A stretch of 63,597 nt of DNA, counting the filler, from Welwitschia mirabilis (taxonomy: Eukaryota), in NCBI GenBank assembly GCA_051453625.1. It is 7 parts of one record of this genome, joined end to end, with 100 filler letters (N's around TTAATTAATTAA, not from the genome) between each part and the next. Parts side by side here need not be neighbours in the genome. Positions count along the whole stretch, not along the records: positions 24,771 to 44,504 come from JBOZIK010000001.1; 6 more parts are not named here. The stretch is one strand, 5' to 3'. The position numbers and the translations under genes were made by a program. Numbering within the stretch: position 1 is the first letter of the stretch; each line of letters begins with the position of its first letter. The notes under the pieces were generated by a model. That model did not search any database. It saw only the letters and a list, made by a program, of their open reading frames with translations, and had not been told where the DNA came from. Below are positions 25,330 through 38,016 of the stretch, in pieces.

Positions 25330-27650
25330 AAATTAGATAAGTTAGTGGTCCATAGCTCAAATCCATGGGATGACCTCCTTTTAATCAATTATCTTTCTTG
25401 GTCTATTCACTCATTTTTCAATCATTAAATCATTTTCAAATTTTCTTAAATTATAGACATAAAACTTCTAGGTATTAAAATATCTAATCTGGTCCATTTA
25501 ATAAGACCTTACTTCATCCATGATGATATTCATTAACAAATTCTTTTAGCCATAAGAATTTAAGTACTTTCAAACTTTATTATTTAATACACATACTTCT
25601 ATAGACCCTAGTTATTGTAATAGGTTATTGAATGTATCTATATTAATGATGTTATTCCTTTTTCTATAATTAATACAACATATGAACATATAAGTTTTAG
25701 GATTAATCTATTGATTAATTGTAAGTACTATAGTATCAAGAGTATTACACTACAAATCTAGTGTGATTAAGCTAAAACATTAGATATAATATATTTCTAA
25801 CAAGACTATATCTATGATCTTGTCATGTCTCTAGTTAAATTTATTACATTTGTTAGATGTCTAGAAGTGGATATTATAATAGTACAAAAGTAGCAATAGT
25901 ACCTCAGATAACATTTGGCATTAGAGTATTTCTAAATTAAAATTCCTTAAAATGAAGCAACTTCATCAAAGGAAAAGGTATCCATGAAAACTTCAATAAT
26001 GATGAAATATAATTTTAAAATATTTTTTTGTTTTAAAAAACTAAAAATCCCTTTATATCAAATAAAATTATCATAATATTAAATCAAAAGGGTTATAATT
26101 TACAATCTAGCTTATACATAGGGATATCTAGAGAGTACATTTGAAGCTATATAGATAGAATTTGGAGAAGAATCCTACTTGAACTATATAAAAACTAATG
26201 AGATTATCTAAAGAAGGTAATATCTAGAAAAAAGACAATATATCAAGATTCATTTGGCCTTAGGTTTATATAAGCCATTCCTTCTTTGAAGCATAGAAAG
26301 TAGCCTTGTTCTCAAATGTAGTAGATTTAGTTTTCATCATTGCTTATTGTATTTTAATATTAATCTTCTTAGCTATATTCTTGAAAATATTAGTTCTTAA
26401 CTAATCTGCAAACTTCAATTTCATACTTTCTTTAGAATCAACCTTAAAGAATAATACCTATTTTTGGGAACATCCTAATTCATCAGGATTAGAAATTTTT
26501 TTAAATTCTTAGAGTAACTTCTTAGATAAAAATAAAATTTTGTTTTTCCCAAAAGATAAATATTTTGACTATTGAATGGATTTTCTAATGAAAACTTATG
26601 GTTTTAGAAATTCATTATTGAATTACAAGTCCCTTTTCCTTTGGGGTTAATGTTTGTTTTTCTAGCTGGATTTTGCTTATTTCTTTAAGCACTAGTAGAG
26701 CATTATCAAATATAATTTAATTGTTCATGAGGATTGGTGTACCTTCTTCCTCATGGAATGGAACCACTAATCATTTTTAGAGCTTCCTTCTAAGGTTTCT
26801 CTCCGACACATAGAGCTCTCTATTAGTAGTATAAAGGATTTAATCCTTAGATTTCTTCAAAAAATTGGATGCTATAACTTTTTAAAGAGAATTATAATAA
26901 TAAGAACCATAAAATAAAATATCACTAAGTTTTCATGCTCTGAAAACTTTAACGTACCTCTTTGAGCATAAACATTTAGTTCAAACCATTATTTAAGGGC
27001 TAGATTAATACCTTCTATGCATTTTTATTTAAACAAAAGAAAAAGAAAATTCACATCCTACAAATATCTTAACTTAGACTTTCTAACTTATTAGAAAATA
27101 TAGTAGATTTATGCTAAAATATATGTGACAAAATTAGAATGATATAGAAGAAAGAAGTTATTTTAGGAATAATACCTACTAAATGATTTTTTCTTGAGAT
27201 TGAATGCAGAGTTAAGAAATATATCCATCTAATCCCCACAAATGTAAATGTAATAGAGGCTATTCACTTAATGTGAATGTTAAAGAAACATTATTCCTAT
27301 CATGATCTTCCATAATAAATGATTTGCATTTATCCATACACTAGTTCATATTAAGTGAGATGATTCTTTACTAATAAAAAGGCATTTATTTTGAAGAATA
27401 TTAGTAAAAACCTAGAATAAATTCCATTTGTAGTAAAGATTAAATCCTTTAAATATAAGCTTTATTTATAATAAATATTAAATCATTTAATTCTATGTAA
27501 TTAAGAACATAATCACAAGAGGGAAAATACCCAGAGATGTCCAAAAGCAACTAAGATAATCCATGTCTATGCAAAAGAAACGAAGATAATCCATGTCTAT
27601 GTAAGATTTCTTATAACTTTGAATGGTGAAAGAACATTGCAAAATCTACT
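25330..27650 (-). mobile_element. Highly decayed L1-type LINE 5' part (ORF1 remnant plus ORF2 endonuclease)
   Basis: Minus strand: PLLHLHLWGLD and VKIFV-DVNF (ORF1 LPLHLW / ARICVEVDL-like); MIILFDIKGIFSFLKQKNI at 26074 (endonuclease start WNIRGL-like); KWTRLDILI near 25490 (SRLDR-like); AMDH near 25350 (SDH-like). Confidence 0.5.
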
Positions 27651-27699
27651 GGATTATTCCTAGGAGAGATTAGGTGCATGAATTTCATGACTAAAATAA

Positions 27700-30600
27700 T
27701 AGAAGCAACATTTCTCAACAAAAAGCTTTCACTATCTAAGAATATGAATCCATAAATTCAAATATAAAGTTAAGTATCTTAAAAGAGTTCCTTATTCCTT
27801 AGTTTTCATAAGTTGTAGAAGACAAGAATGAGGAGGGCATTCCATAGAAGTTTTAACATAAGATATTTTTCAACATTTATAACTTTCAAGATATTTCCAT
27901 TAGTGGATATTGAAGCCTATAGATGAAACAACCATTCCATTATGAATTCTAATTTATGACATTTTAAGAAAAGATGGGTGATGTCCTCTACATGATTACA
28001 TCGTACACAATTTTCATCATTAATAATTCCCTTTTCACTTATAGGATTTAGTTGGAAGCTAATGTTTGATTAATTTGTAAGTAAAAAGTTGCATTTTAAG
28101 AGTGAGAATATAATTATTCCAAAACTTATACATCTTCTTATTATTGTATTAAGTACAAATACTGTCATAAGATTTGTTTGCATCATATTTGTAGTATTTC
28201 TTTCATTTAGGCTAAGTTTTAATTCATATGAAATGGGTACAACACCAATCCTTAACTTTTTAAAATCCTATTAAAATTAAAGAATCATCAATGATTCTAG
28301 GCATATTAGTAAAAGTGAAATTATCATATTAACATTTATTAATCATAGCTTAAATATAGGCCATATCTTCTATATATAATTGCTATAAAAGTTTTACTAC
28401 ATAGATATAATGTCCTACAATCCTAGATATCCACATTGCTTTTGCTTACACACATCATTACATTTGATGAAATTAAGAGTTATTTTATTATCAATAAATT
28501 GGAGGAAGTTTTCTTAATTTTTTCACTGAGTTTATCATACATTTTGAGCCCTTTAAAATGTACCCTAAAAAAAAGAGAAATTACATGTTAATAGAACTTT
28601 TCTAATTATAATATTACCATTTGAGACAAAACTTAAGCTTTTCAACCAATAAGTCTTATTAATATGATCAAGTATCTTTTTGTAAAGTTTCTTATTAATT
28701 TTATTAATAAGAAGGGAAATCCTTGGGTATTTGTTGGAATCTTATCTCTCTCACAACCTAAAATTTAATTGCATCTTAAGGTTTATTTAAAAAATAGATT
28801 AAAACCAAACATTTTACTTTTATAAAGATTGATTTCTAGATTTGAAACCATTAAAGAATCATTAAGAGTAACTTTAGATTTCAATGCCTAATCTCCTTAA
28901 GTCTTATAAAAAAGAATAGCATTATTAACAAATAAGGCATAAGTGAATTTGGAACAACCACAAGTAATTTAGTTACAAATGCTTCTATTATAGTTATGAA
29001 AATATAAGACAAAGTAGAATCCTTTTATCTAAGACTATGCTAGAATTAAAAGAAGTAGTTCTAAAACCATTCAGTAGGCTACTAAAATTACTTGACATAA
29101 AATAGTATTAAAGTTTAATAATCTAATAAGAAGAAAAGATAATTTTATGAAGGATGCTAACCATGTAATTTTAGTTGATATTATTATAATATTTTAAAAT
29201 ATCAGACTTTATAGAAATGGAAGGACTTTATTTAGTAGCTAAGTGAATTATTTCTTAAACTAAAATAAATACATAAATAATATATTTACCTTGAACAAAT
29301 CCTACTTATTAGAGAGCAACGATAGAAGAAAGGATACACTTAATCTTTAGTGATAATAATTTTGAGAGAATTTTCCAAATTATGATATGTAAACTAATAG
29401 GCCTCATATCCTTCATAGATTTAACATCATTATTCTTTAAAAAAAATCCATGTACAAATAAATTATTTTAGAATATCTCTTATTCTTCAAAATTTAAAAA
29501 CCATGTCGACAAGTTCTTCTTTAACAAGATCCCAATAGATTTTGAAAAATTTAATGGTGAAACAATCAATACTAAGAGATTTATTATAAGGGATGGAAAA
29601 TACTACACCTTTAATTTCCTTAGGTAAAGGAGGTTTGTCTAGTTTGGTAATATTCTCAAGCTAGATTTTCTTGTCCATAGCATTAATGAACCTTAATTAG
29701 TAATCTAGATCTGAAGTATTTCCATTACAAATAATGGATTTAAATAAATTTTAATAATCCTATTTAATTTCCTTTTAATTTATAGTTTAGCTATTATTAC
29801 TTTTTCTAGTATCTCTAATATTGATTTGAAGCTTCCTAGTTGAAGCTTTGTATGAAAGGACTTGGAGTTTTCATTGCTATATTTTTTTTAGTCAATACTA
29901 ATTCTTTTATTCTAGTTAATATGATTATGTTTCTTAGGTTTATAATATTCATTCTTTCTTTCATCCTTTATTTAACCATGAATTTAGATTTCTTCCCAAC
30001 TTGCATCAATTTTCTTTTTTAGTTCATTAATCATTTTCACTCAACATTGTGGGTTCTTTTTAGACCATTTAAGCACATGATCTTTAATGACTTTCAATTC
30101 TATCAAAAACCTATATTAAGCTAATGCATGGGGTTTATTATTTTATAATTTCCTAATAATAGAGTTTATATTAATCTCTCTTTCCATAACTTCTTCCATC
30201 TAAAATTTTATGGAGGTCTTCTAACTTGCAAATTTATATGAATTATGATTAGTCAATGGTTAGAATATATTTTAGTAATATTACATGATTTAATATTATT
30301 AAGATATAAAACTAAGTTTGAAGAATATATAAAGCTATCTAGCCTATAACAAATTCTATCTTTACCTTTCCTCATGTTATGCCAAAGTGTAAACATTGTT
30401 AGTAATGGGGAGTTAACTATTCTTACTCTTGTAACTCATTTAGAACAACTTTTGTGCTTGTATTTCATTAGGTATTACCTTCAATTTTTCCTCTATGATA
30501 AAGTACACTATTAAAATCCTTATAGAAAATAAATGAAATATGAATGTAATTTAATATTTTAGGAAACTCCTCCTAGACTCTTAACTTTTCATCCATAGTT

Positions 30601-32850
30601 ATTAAAGCATAGATATTAATTAGAGCTTAAGGAACATCTTGATTAATTTTTATAGTGATCATATGATCATTATTCTAAGAAAAAAAATATTACCATGATT
30701 CTTTCAAGTAACCACATCCTATATACCTTGCCTTTTGAATACCTTATAGCATATTCCACATTTTTAAAAATTTTATAATTATCTATACAGTGGCCACTTC
30801 ATCCATTTTTATCTTTTGAACATATACTAAATTATCAACTTCTTCATTCTGCCATTGTTCAATGGTGGACTTTTGTAAGGGGATTGTATGATATAATCTT
30901 TATTTTATTGTGGAGAAAACTATTTTAAGGCCACTACTTAATTCATATGTATTGTGGTGCATATTTTTGCAATCTTTCATGTTCTTATTAGATCATGTCA
31001 ATCACAAATATATATTGCAGAACACCATACACTAATATAGACAAAAGTGACATAAATATCATAATCCATCAAAGGTACAAATGAGAAGAAAGAGAATTAA
31101 TTTCAAATTAAATATTTATGTATTTTCTAAGTAAAACAAAATAACAATGCAAAGTAAACAATGTAAGGAAATATAATATGCAAATGAAATACAAGATTAA
31201 TTTTAGTGCAACATCTATTTGATTACCAAATTAACCTATTATGAGGATTGACCCTATATAACCTAGATCAATCAAGGAAACCATTATTAATCATGACCAA
31301 CCTAAGATATTAGGTACATTAAATGAAATATAAAAATAGTGCAAGTTAATCTATGAAATGAAATGCAATGCACCTAAATTATTGATGTCAATCTTAACAA
31401 AGGTTGCCCTTATGATCTCTATCACATATGAACCTATCACATAATCATAAGCAACATAAACCATAAGGGAGATGCAAATAGAAAAATAATGAAAAGAGAA
31501 ATAGAGTTTTAATTATATTTGAATCAAAATTCATGTTACAAAGTAGTAGCATCTTAATAAAGGATACATAACCCAATACCAAGGAAGAAGTTTCTCTCTA
31601 ATAATAAGGGATGAATCTCCTACCCTTTGATCTCCTATCATAAGAATTATAAGATAAAGTAAACATCAAGAGTGAAGGAGGTATTTATTACAAATAAGAC
31701 TCTAAAAACAAAAAAGTGTAATAGACATAGTAAAATCCTAACAGACATGTAAGAAGGCACATGATCAATTGCATAATTTTAGGGAGGTTTGGTAAATAGT
31801 TATGTTTAAGTGTCATCCTACTAGTCATCCAAATGTCATAAGAGATTATGCCACATCATACAAGATCCAAATTAGCTATTAGATTAGTCCAATAAGTATC
31901 CTAGTTAACATAACTTCTTCTATTGTCCATACTGTCATCCAAACAATAAGGTGAATGTTGGGCTTCTAAAGATACTTCTTGTGTTAGATCAACCTCTTTA
32001 ATATAGGATTTCTACTTCAAATATAAAGTATTAAAATTTGCCTTAAATTCTATCAAAGGTAATGAAGATTACATGTTTTTATGATATTTGCCTTAGCTCT
32101 TTGTTATCATTAAAACTTAGCATAAACTTATTTAATGTCCTAAAAAACTATTCAAAATATCCTACCAAATACATACAATTTGGCATCACAACAATATGGT
32201 TCGATGTGATCCAGTTTCTTATTCCTATTCCTTGATGGCTATACTTGTTTAGGACTTAAATAGGTTTCTCTTGTAGGCTATATGAATTTGTTTCTTCCAT
32301 TTTATTTAAGGTTTAATCAAAAAATCCATTTTAGTATTTTTAAACATGTAGATCTTTAGATTCTTATGAAAATAACCCTTAAGGCTCTTAATTCTATAAA
32401 ATAAAATCATATCAATGAAATTAAAAATTCAAATAAAATACAAAATACTAATAAATTAGTATTAAGATTAAGGTTTTAACTAGATATATTCCTAGTTTAA
32501 GAAATATTTTTATACACATTAAAATATTTTGTGGCCCCATCATTAAAAAATCCATCTCAGTACCTTATGAAAATTAATATGTTCCAAATCCTAAAACATT
32601 TTCCCTACTAAATAATAGAAAAATCTATTTGCTGTCTCTTAGGTGTTTGAAATAAATAAATAATCCAAATTAAAAGCAAATGATTTACCTCAAGTGGCTT
32701 GAATTATATATTTGTAATATTATAAAAATGACTTAAATTATCTATTTGGAAATGGGAAGGGAAGAAAAGTTCATAAAGTCTTTTAAGATGGATAAGGCCT
32801 TTCTAGATTTGACATTAACTATATTTTTTTAAGTAATAATCTCATTTCCA
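27700..32850 (-). mobile_element. Decayed L1-type LINE ORF2 (EN-RT-zf-RVT), interrupted by a solo LTR
   Basis: Minus strand: EIKGVVFSIPYNKSLSIDCFTIKFFKIYWDLVKEEL; KDMRPISLHIIIWKILSKLL; GFVQGKYI; YALFVNNAILF (FADD-equivalent); NLEINLYKSKMFGFN; CCHC finger NCVRCNHVEDITHLFLKC near 27960-28020. The endonuclease assignment either side of the solo LTR is weaker. Confidence 0.82.
30950..32193 (-). mobile_element. Athila-like solo LTR with TSD ATATG
   Basis: Termini TATTGTGGTG... and ...GGCATCACAACA. ATATG occurs at 30945-30949 and 32194-32198. Homologous to 53840-55099. Confidence 0.9.
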
Positions 32851-33184
32851 TTTCCTTTAATGTTTTTTAAAAGGATTTGATTTCTAGAATAGCATCCTTT
32901 AACGTTTTTAAAAGGATTTGATTTTTAATATAGTAAAAATTTTATAAGATAGAGAATAGATTGAAATATAGAAAAATTATTTAAACTTTAAATAAAATTT
33001 TTCATGATTTATAAAAGTAGTTTATAAGTATGTATGATAAATTACCAAATAAATAATTTTAAACTAGTAAAGAAATAAACCTACCAATTAAAATTCCATT
33101 GATAACAAACATATATCTTAAAAACTTTAAATTACTTAAATAAGATTAGACATTTAAATACATAATAAAGATTATATACAAGGG

Positions 33185-33186
<2 letters not shown>

Positions 33187-33232
<46 letters not shown>
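33187..33232. repeat. (CA)23 microsatellite
   Basis: Perfect CA run. Confidence 0.97.
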
Positions 33233-33238
<6 letters not shown>

Positions 33239-34513
33239 AAGTAATAATACCAAAAATACACCTAAATTTTATAGATATATGGAAAAATAAAAATTCACAA
33301 AAATGCATTTACACTTTTTACTTTACAAATATAAATATGAAAAAGTTAAGAAATATTGGATAATTTATGGATTTAATTCCCAAATAATGGCATTAAATTG
33401 TAAAAATATGGATCTTAAGTAAGAATTTTACTTATGTAAGAGAGTTATATACAAATTTTAAATAATTTTATTAAAAAAATCAAAATGTTACATTAACTAT
33501 GAAAGTTCATAAAAAAATTTTAGTAATAAATTAATCAAAATAGAAGAATTTTCAATTCTACATATCAAAATTATTAATTTTAAAATCTTAATATAAATAA
33601 TAAAGAATCAATGCAATATAAAATTTCAAGTCTAAACATGTCTCCTAGTAGTCAAAGCTATATTATAAAAGGCATTATTGATAAAGTTTAAATTCTATAA
33701 AAGTACTTGAATTAGTTTGTTTATAGTATAAGTATGAATAAAATTTGGTAGTTCTCTATGATTTATGAATTTATTTTTTAAGAAAACATGCTAAGTAATT
33801 ACTTTTTAGCCTACCACAAATATGTTAAGTCTTTTATGCTTACTTCAATTCAAAATTTTACATAATAACTCCTTCATACAAGAATAATAGATCATTTTTT
33901 CCCTTTATTTTATTTTTCTCCTGAATTATCTTGATATGAACTATTTTTATTAAGATATCAGATGAAACACTTTATCTTATTTTTCATGCTATATTCTCTT
34001 AAGTAATGTAAATCTTATATGTTTTAGTAAATTGGTCTATTATCACATAGGATGTTAGAGTAGCTATTCAACACTCACTTGAACTTAATATCTAATACTA
34101 TGTTAATTATTTAAATTTTATATTCATTACATCGAGAAACATGTGCTATTATTAAAATAAACTTGTTCACAATTTTCTTTAATCTCTTTATATAGTAAAG
34201 CATCTCTCATTTAATACATTATGATATATGAAGGGATATAAAATAGCTTCTCTCATTAGTGCATATTATTTTTTAGTAAGTACGGGTAAACCTGCTAGAG
34301 ACACTTGGGTCCTTTCATAAGATACAAATCTAAAACATGATCTTTAGTAAAACACTTTATGGAATTAGTTAAAATACAATTTGATCATAAATATGAAAAA
34401 TTTACAGTGATAATGGAACTAAGTTTAATTTGAACTTTTCTAAGTTTATGGAAAACTATAGTTCATTATTACATTTTCATTGTTACTTTTCAAAAAACAT
34501 AATTGTAGATGTT

Positions 34514-35800
34514 GATAACATGTAAAAATTGTCATTTATTTCAAGTACGTAAAGCTAATTTAACATGATAAAGCTATGATTTTATGTTTTTTATCATTTT
34601 ATCTTGATTTATGCTATTATAGTTATGAAAAACTAATGTTACATTTTTACTAATGAATTTTTCAAGTTTTTGACTAGATACTAAAGCATCTACTGGAATC
34701 CCAGAAGAAAACTTCATAAAAAGCTAGTAGCACCAGTAGAATCCCATGGTAGCACTAGTTATCTTGAGTTTCTATAGCCCAGTTTTATGTTTTTGGATCT
34801 CTTACAATTGACAAGTTCATTATGCCATTTAGTTTAATCAACTGACATCTCAGAAATTATTAATTCATTTAAAGCTAATCCTAACCCTAAAATTTTGATG
34901 TATAAAAGGCCACTAGAGCCTTATTTTGTGATAGTTAATAATAGGAAGAGATGGTTAACATTTTGGAAGGCTGAAGTTTATTCATACCATCATAGGAGCT
35001 TTCAGAATGTCATCTTTCTAAACTCTTTTTCTTTAGAAATGGGCTAGCTTCTGAGGCTAAGATGATACTCTAAGATTTAGGTTAAGTCTTTTCTAATTAT
35101 GTATATTTTGCTCTATTATTTTTAATAGGATATTACTGTATTTTAGTTTAATCTCTTGATTTCAAGTTGTGAATGATTTTTCATACTTGTTATGCTTAAG
35201 TTAAGTTGAAGCACATTGATCTTTTATGTGATTTATGAGTGATTGTTCATATTCTTATCTTAGTTTATGGTTTAACTATCATTTAATAATCTTTGGAATT
35301 TTACCTATGTTTAATGATTATGAGGTGGACTATAAAAGCTAAAGTGACTTAGAAACATTACCAACACTTGTGTAGTAAATGAGATTATGTCATCATTCTT
35401 GAGCTTGAATGATATCTTAACATGATTTCTCTAGTTTAATCATAGAGAAAATTTGTTATGATTTGGATAAAGATTCATGCTTTGCTTCTTATGTTCATGT
35501 TAGATGACTAGAGATATGCTTTCATTTCTAATTCCTATTTAAGGATCAAGACCTCTTTCTTTACATTTACTGAATATTTTCTTTATGCATATGGAAAGTT
35601 ATATTGTGTTTATTTTACTTAGATCACTATCACATCTATTCTTTTAAGAGAATAATAATAGGGATACACTACAAATGAAAGTCTTGGTTTGTATTTTGTA
35701 AAAAGTTAATTTTAGCTTCATAAGATTTTGTATTCTTAATACAATCTTGCATAATCTTTAAATATTAATATTGATACAAGCATAACTAAATTTTATTATG
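34514..35800 (+). mobile_element. Decayed LTR-like repeat (probably Ty3), boundaries approximate
   Basis: Starts TGATAACATG, with TATAAAAGG near 34901. It shares blocks (ATCAACTGACA; GTAAATGAGATTATGTCA..TTGAGCTT; CTACAAAT..AAGTC) with the reverse complement of 37130-38000. Confidence 0.55.
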
Positions 35801-37129
35801 AACATCTTTTTCACCTCTAGTTGGGAATAATGGCATGTTAGCTATAATGGGAGATGCACAAACTTTTTATTTCTACATTTTTACTTTTACTGTTATTTAC
35901 ACTAGTCATCTTCTAGTGCTTTTTCTTCATTTTCTTTTATTTTTCTTTTTCTAGTGTAGGGTACTAGTCCTTTTTTAGTGGAATCTAAACTAATTCTCTT
36001 TCCATTTCTTTTTTTCTAGTAATTGGTATTGATTATTTTCTAGTGGAATCTAGACTAGTCCTTTTTATTTCTTTTTATTTTTCTTTTTTTAATTTATATT
36101 TATTTATTTACTATAAGAGTTTTAGCTCTAACTTGTTAAAAATTGCTATATCAAGTTTTTTGTATAGGGATACCTCTTTATCCACCACTTTTAATAGGTT
36201 TTTACGAAACAAGTGAAAGAAAAAGTGAAGAAAATTTAAGAGTTCTCTTCATTGCTATATTTTTATTCATACATTTTTAACTCTGCATTTTTATTTCTAC
36301 ATTCTATTTTACTAAAAGTCTTAGATTGTTATTTTATTGTTTATTTATATTATATCTTATTCTAAGGCTTTTTTTTTTTAGTTCATATGTCCTTTACTCT
36401 ATCACATTTCATTTTTTTAATAAGCACCTCAACTTTCATTACATAATCAAGTAAAATATGTTAAACGCTTTTTTTTTCCTATGTTAACTTTACTTAATTA
36501 ATATTACTACATTTCCTTACTAGCACTACTATTCTTTTCTCAAATTAAATCCTCATATTTCACAAAATTTTAGCTTAGACCTCTCTTGAGCTTTTCTTTA
36601 TCTTGGTGCATCACGAACTATAATGAACATGTATGAATTAGTGATGTTAATCAAATAGAAGATTACACCTAATCTATTTTAATCTTGAAATGAATCTTAA
36701 CTACTATTATAAGGGTAGAAGTTAGAAATCATTCATGTAATAGATTTAGCCAAAATCATAATAACATAGATTAGAATAATCAATTTTATTTTCAATCTAA
36801 ATTTTGCAAGAACAAGTTTGATAATTAATGACAAAGGTAAATTTTAAAATATTATTTTAACCTTAACGCTTAATAAGTCCTCCTTGCATATTTAGAGCCT
36901 CAATTTTATAAATTATACTTTAAACCTATCATCATTTAACTTTTTCTACATTTTCATGGTTTAGAGTTTAAGGATTCATATCTTCATCTTAAGAAGTTTA
37001 GATGTATTATTCTCATTATTCCTTACTCGTGATGAAATTTAATTAGACTTCTACCTCATATTAATATATGATGATGTCAGATCATCCTAGGGATACAAAT
37101 CTTACATGGCTAAATCTAACTTTTATCAA

Positions 37130-38016
37130 TAATAACTAGGACTTCTATTTGTAGAATAGTCCTAGTGTCATTCTTCCTAAAAGATTAAGTTGATAATGTG
37201 TAATAGTAAAGCTTAAACAATCAAATTTATAAATATCATATATTGATGTTGTATAGAAAATTGTAAGATAAAATGGTATTCCTAAGTAGTGGACTAAGCT
37301 AAAAATGAGGATAGCCTTAAAGTTTATCATGTACACTACAACAATGATTCCATTCTTTAAGCAAAGTAAACCTATTTTGTAGTTAATGTAAAAGAGTTTT
37401 GTAAAGCATTCAATAAAGCTCAAGCATGTTGACATAATCTCATTTACCATATAAGGGTTTAGATCTTTATGTCACCTTATCCCTTATAGCTAATTCCAAA
37501 ATTATGTAAGTAGGACTTCAATACCAAAGAACATCAAATATAAGTAAGCTATGAACTAAGATTAACATAAAAGAACTACTTAAAAACATAGAAAAGAAAA
37601 GATTAACAAATATTGAATCTTTATTAAGTGTAATATGTATGATCTAAAAGCACAGCTAAAATCAAGAGATGAGATTGAAATAAACTCTAGTCTTTATTAC
37701 ATGAATAAAATAAAAATAGATCTATGAGGAAATCAAGCCAAAGACTGTAATGTCATGCTACTCTTGAAGGGGTAGGTTATCTTTAATGGAGACACTTAGA
37801 AGTAGTACATGATAGATGCTCTCTCAATAATCACTCAAGCATTAACTAATAAATAACAAACAATCATAAAAAACCCTAAAATAAGATTTATAGCCTTTTT
37901 ATACAATAAGAAATTAGGGTTCAGGTTGTTACATCTTCTAGTTGTCAGTTGATGATAAGCCAAATCCTATTCAATGTTACTAATAATATGAAGTTATTCA
38001 TAGGCTAAATGGAATG
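37130..38016 (-). mobile_element. Inverted homolog of the 34514-35800 LTR-like repeat, cut by a SIRE insertion
   Basis: The reverse-complement similarity described for 34514-35800 stops at the SIRE LTR start. Confidence 0.55.
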
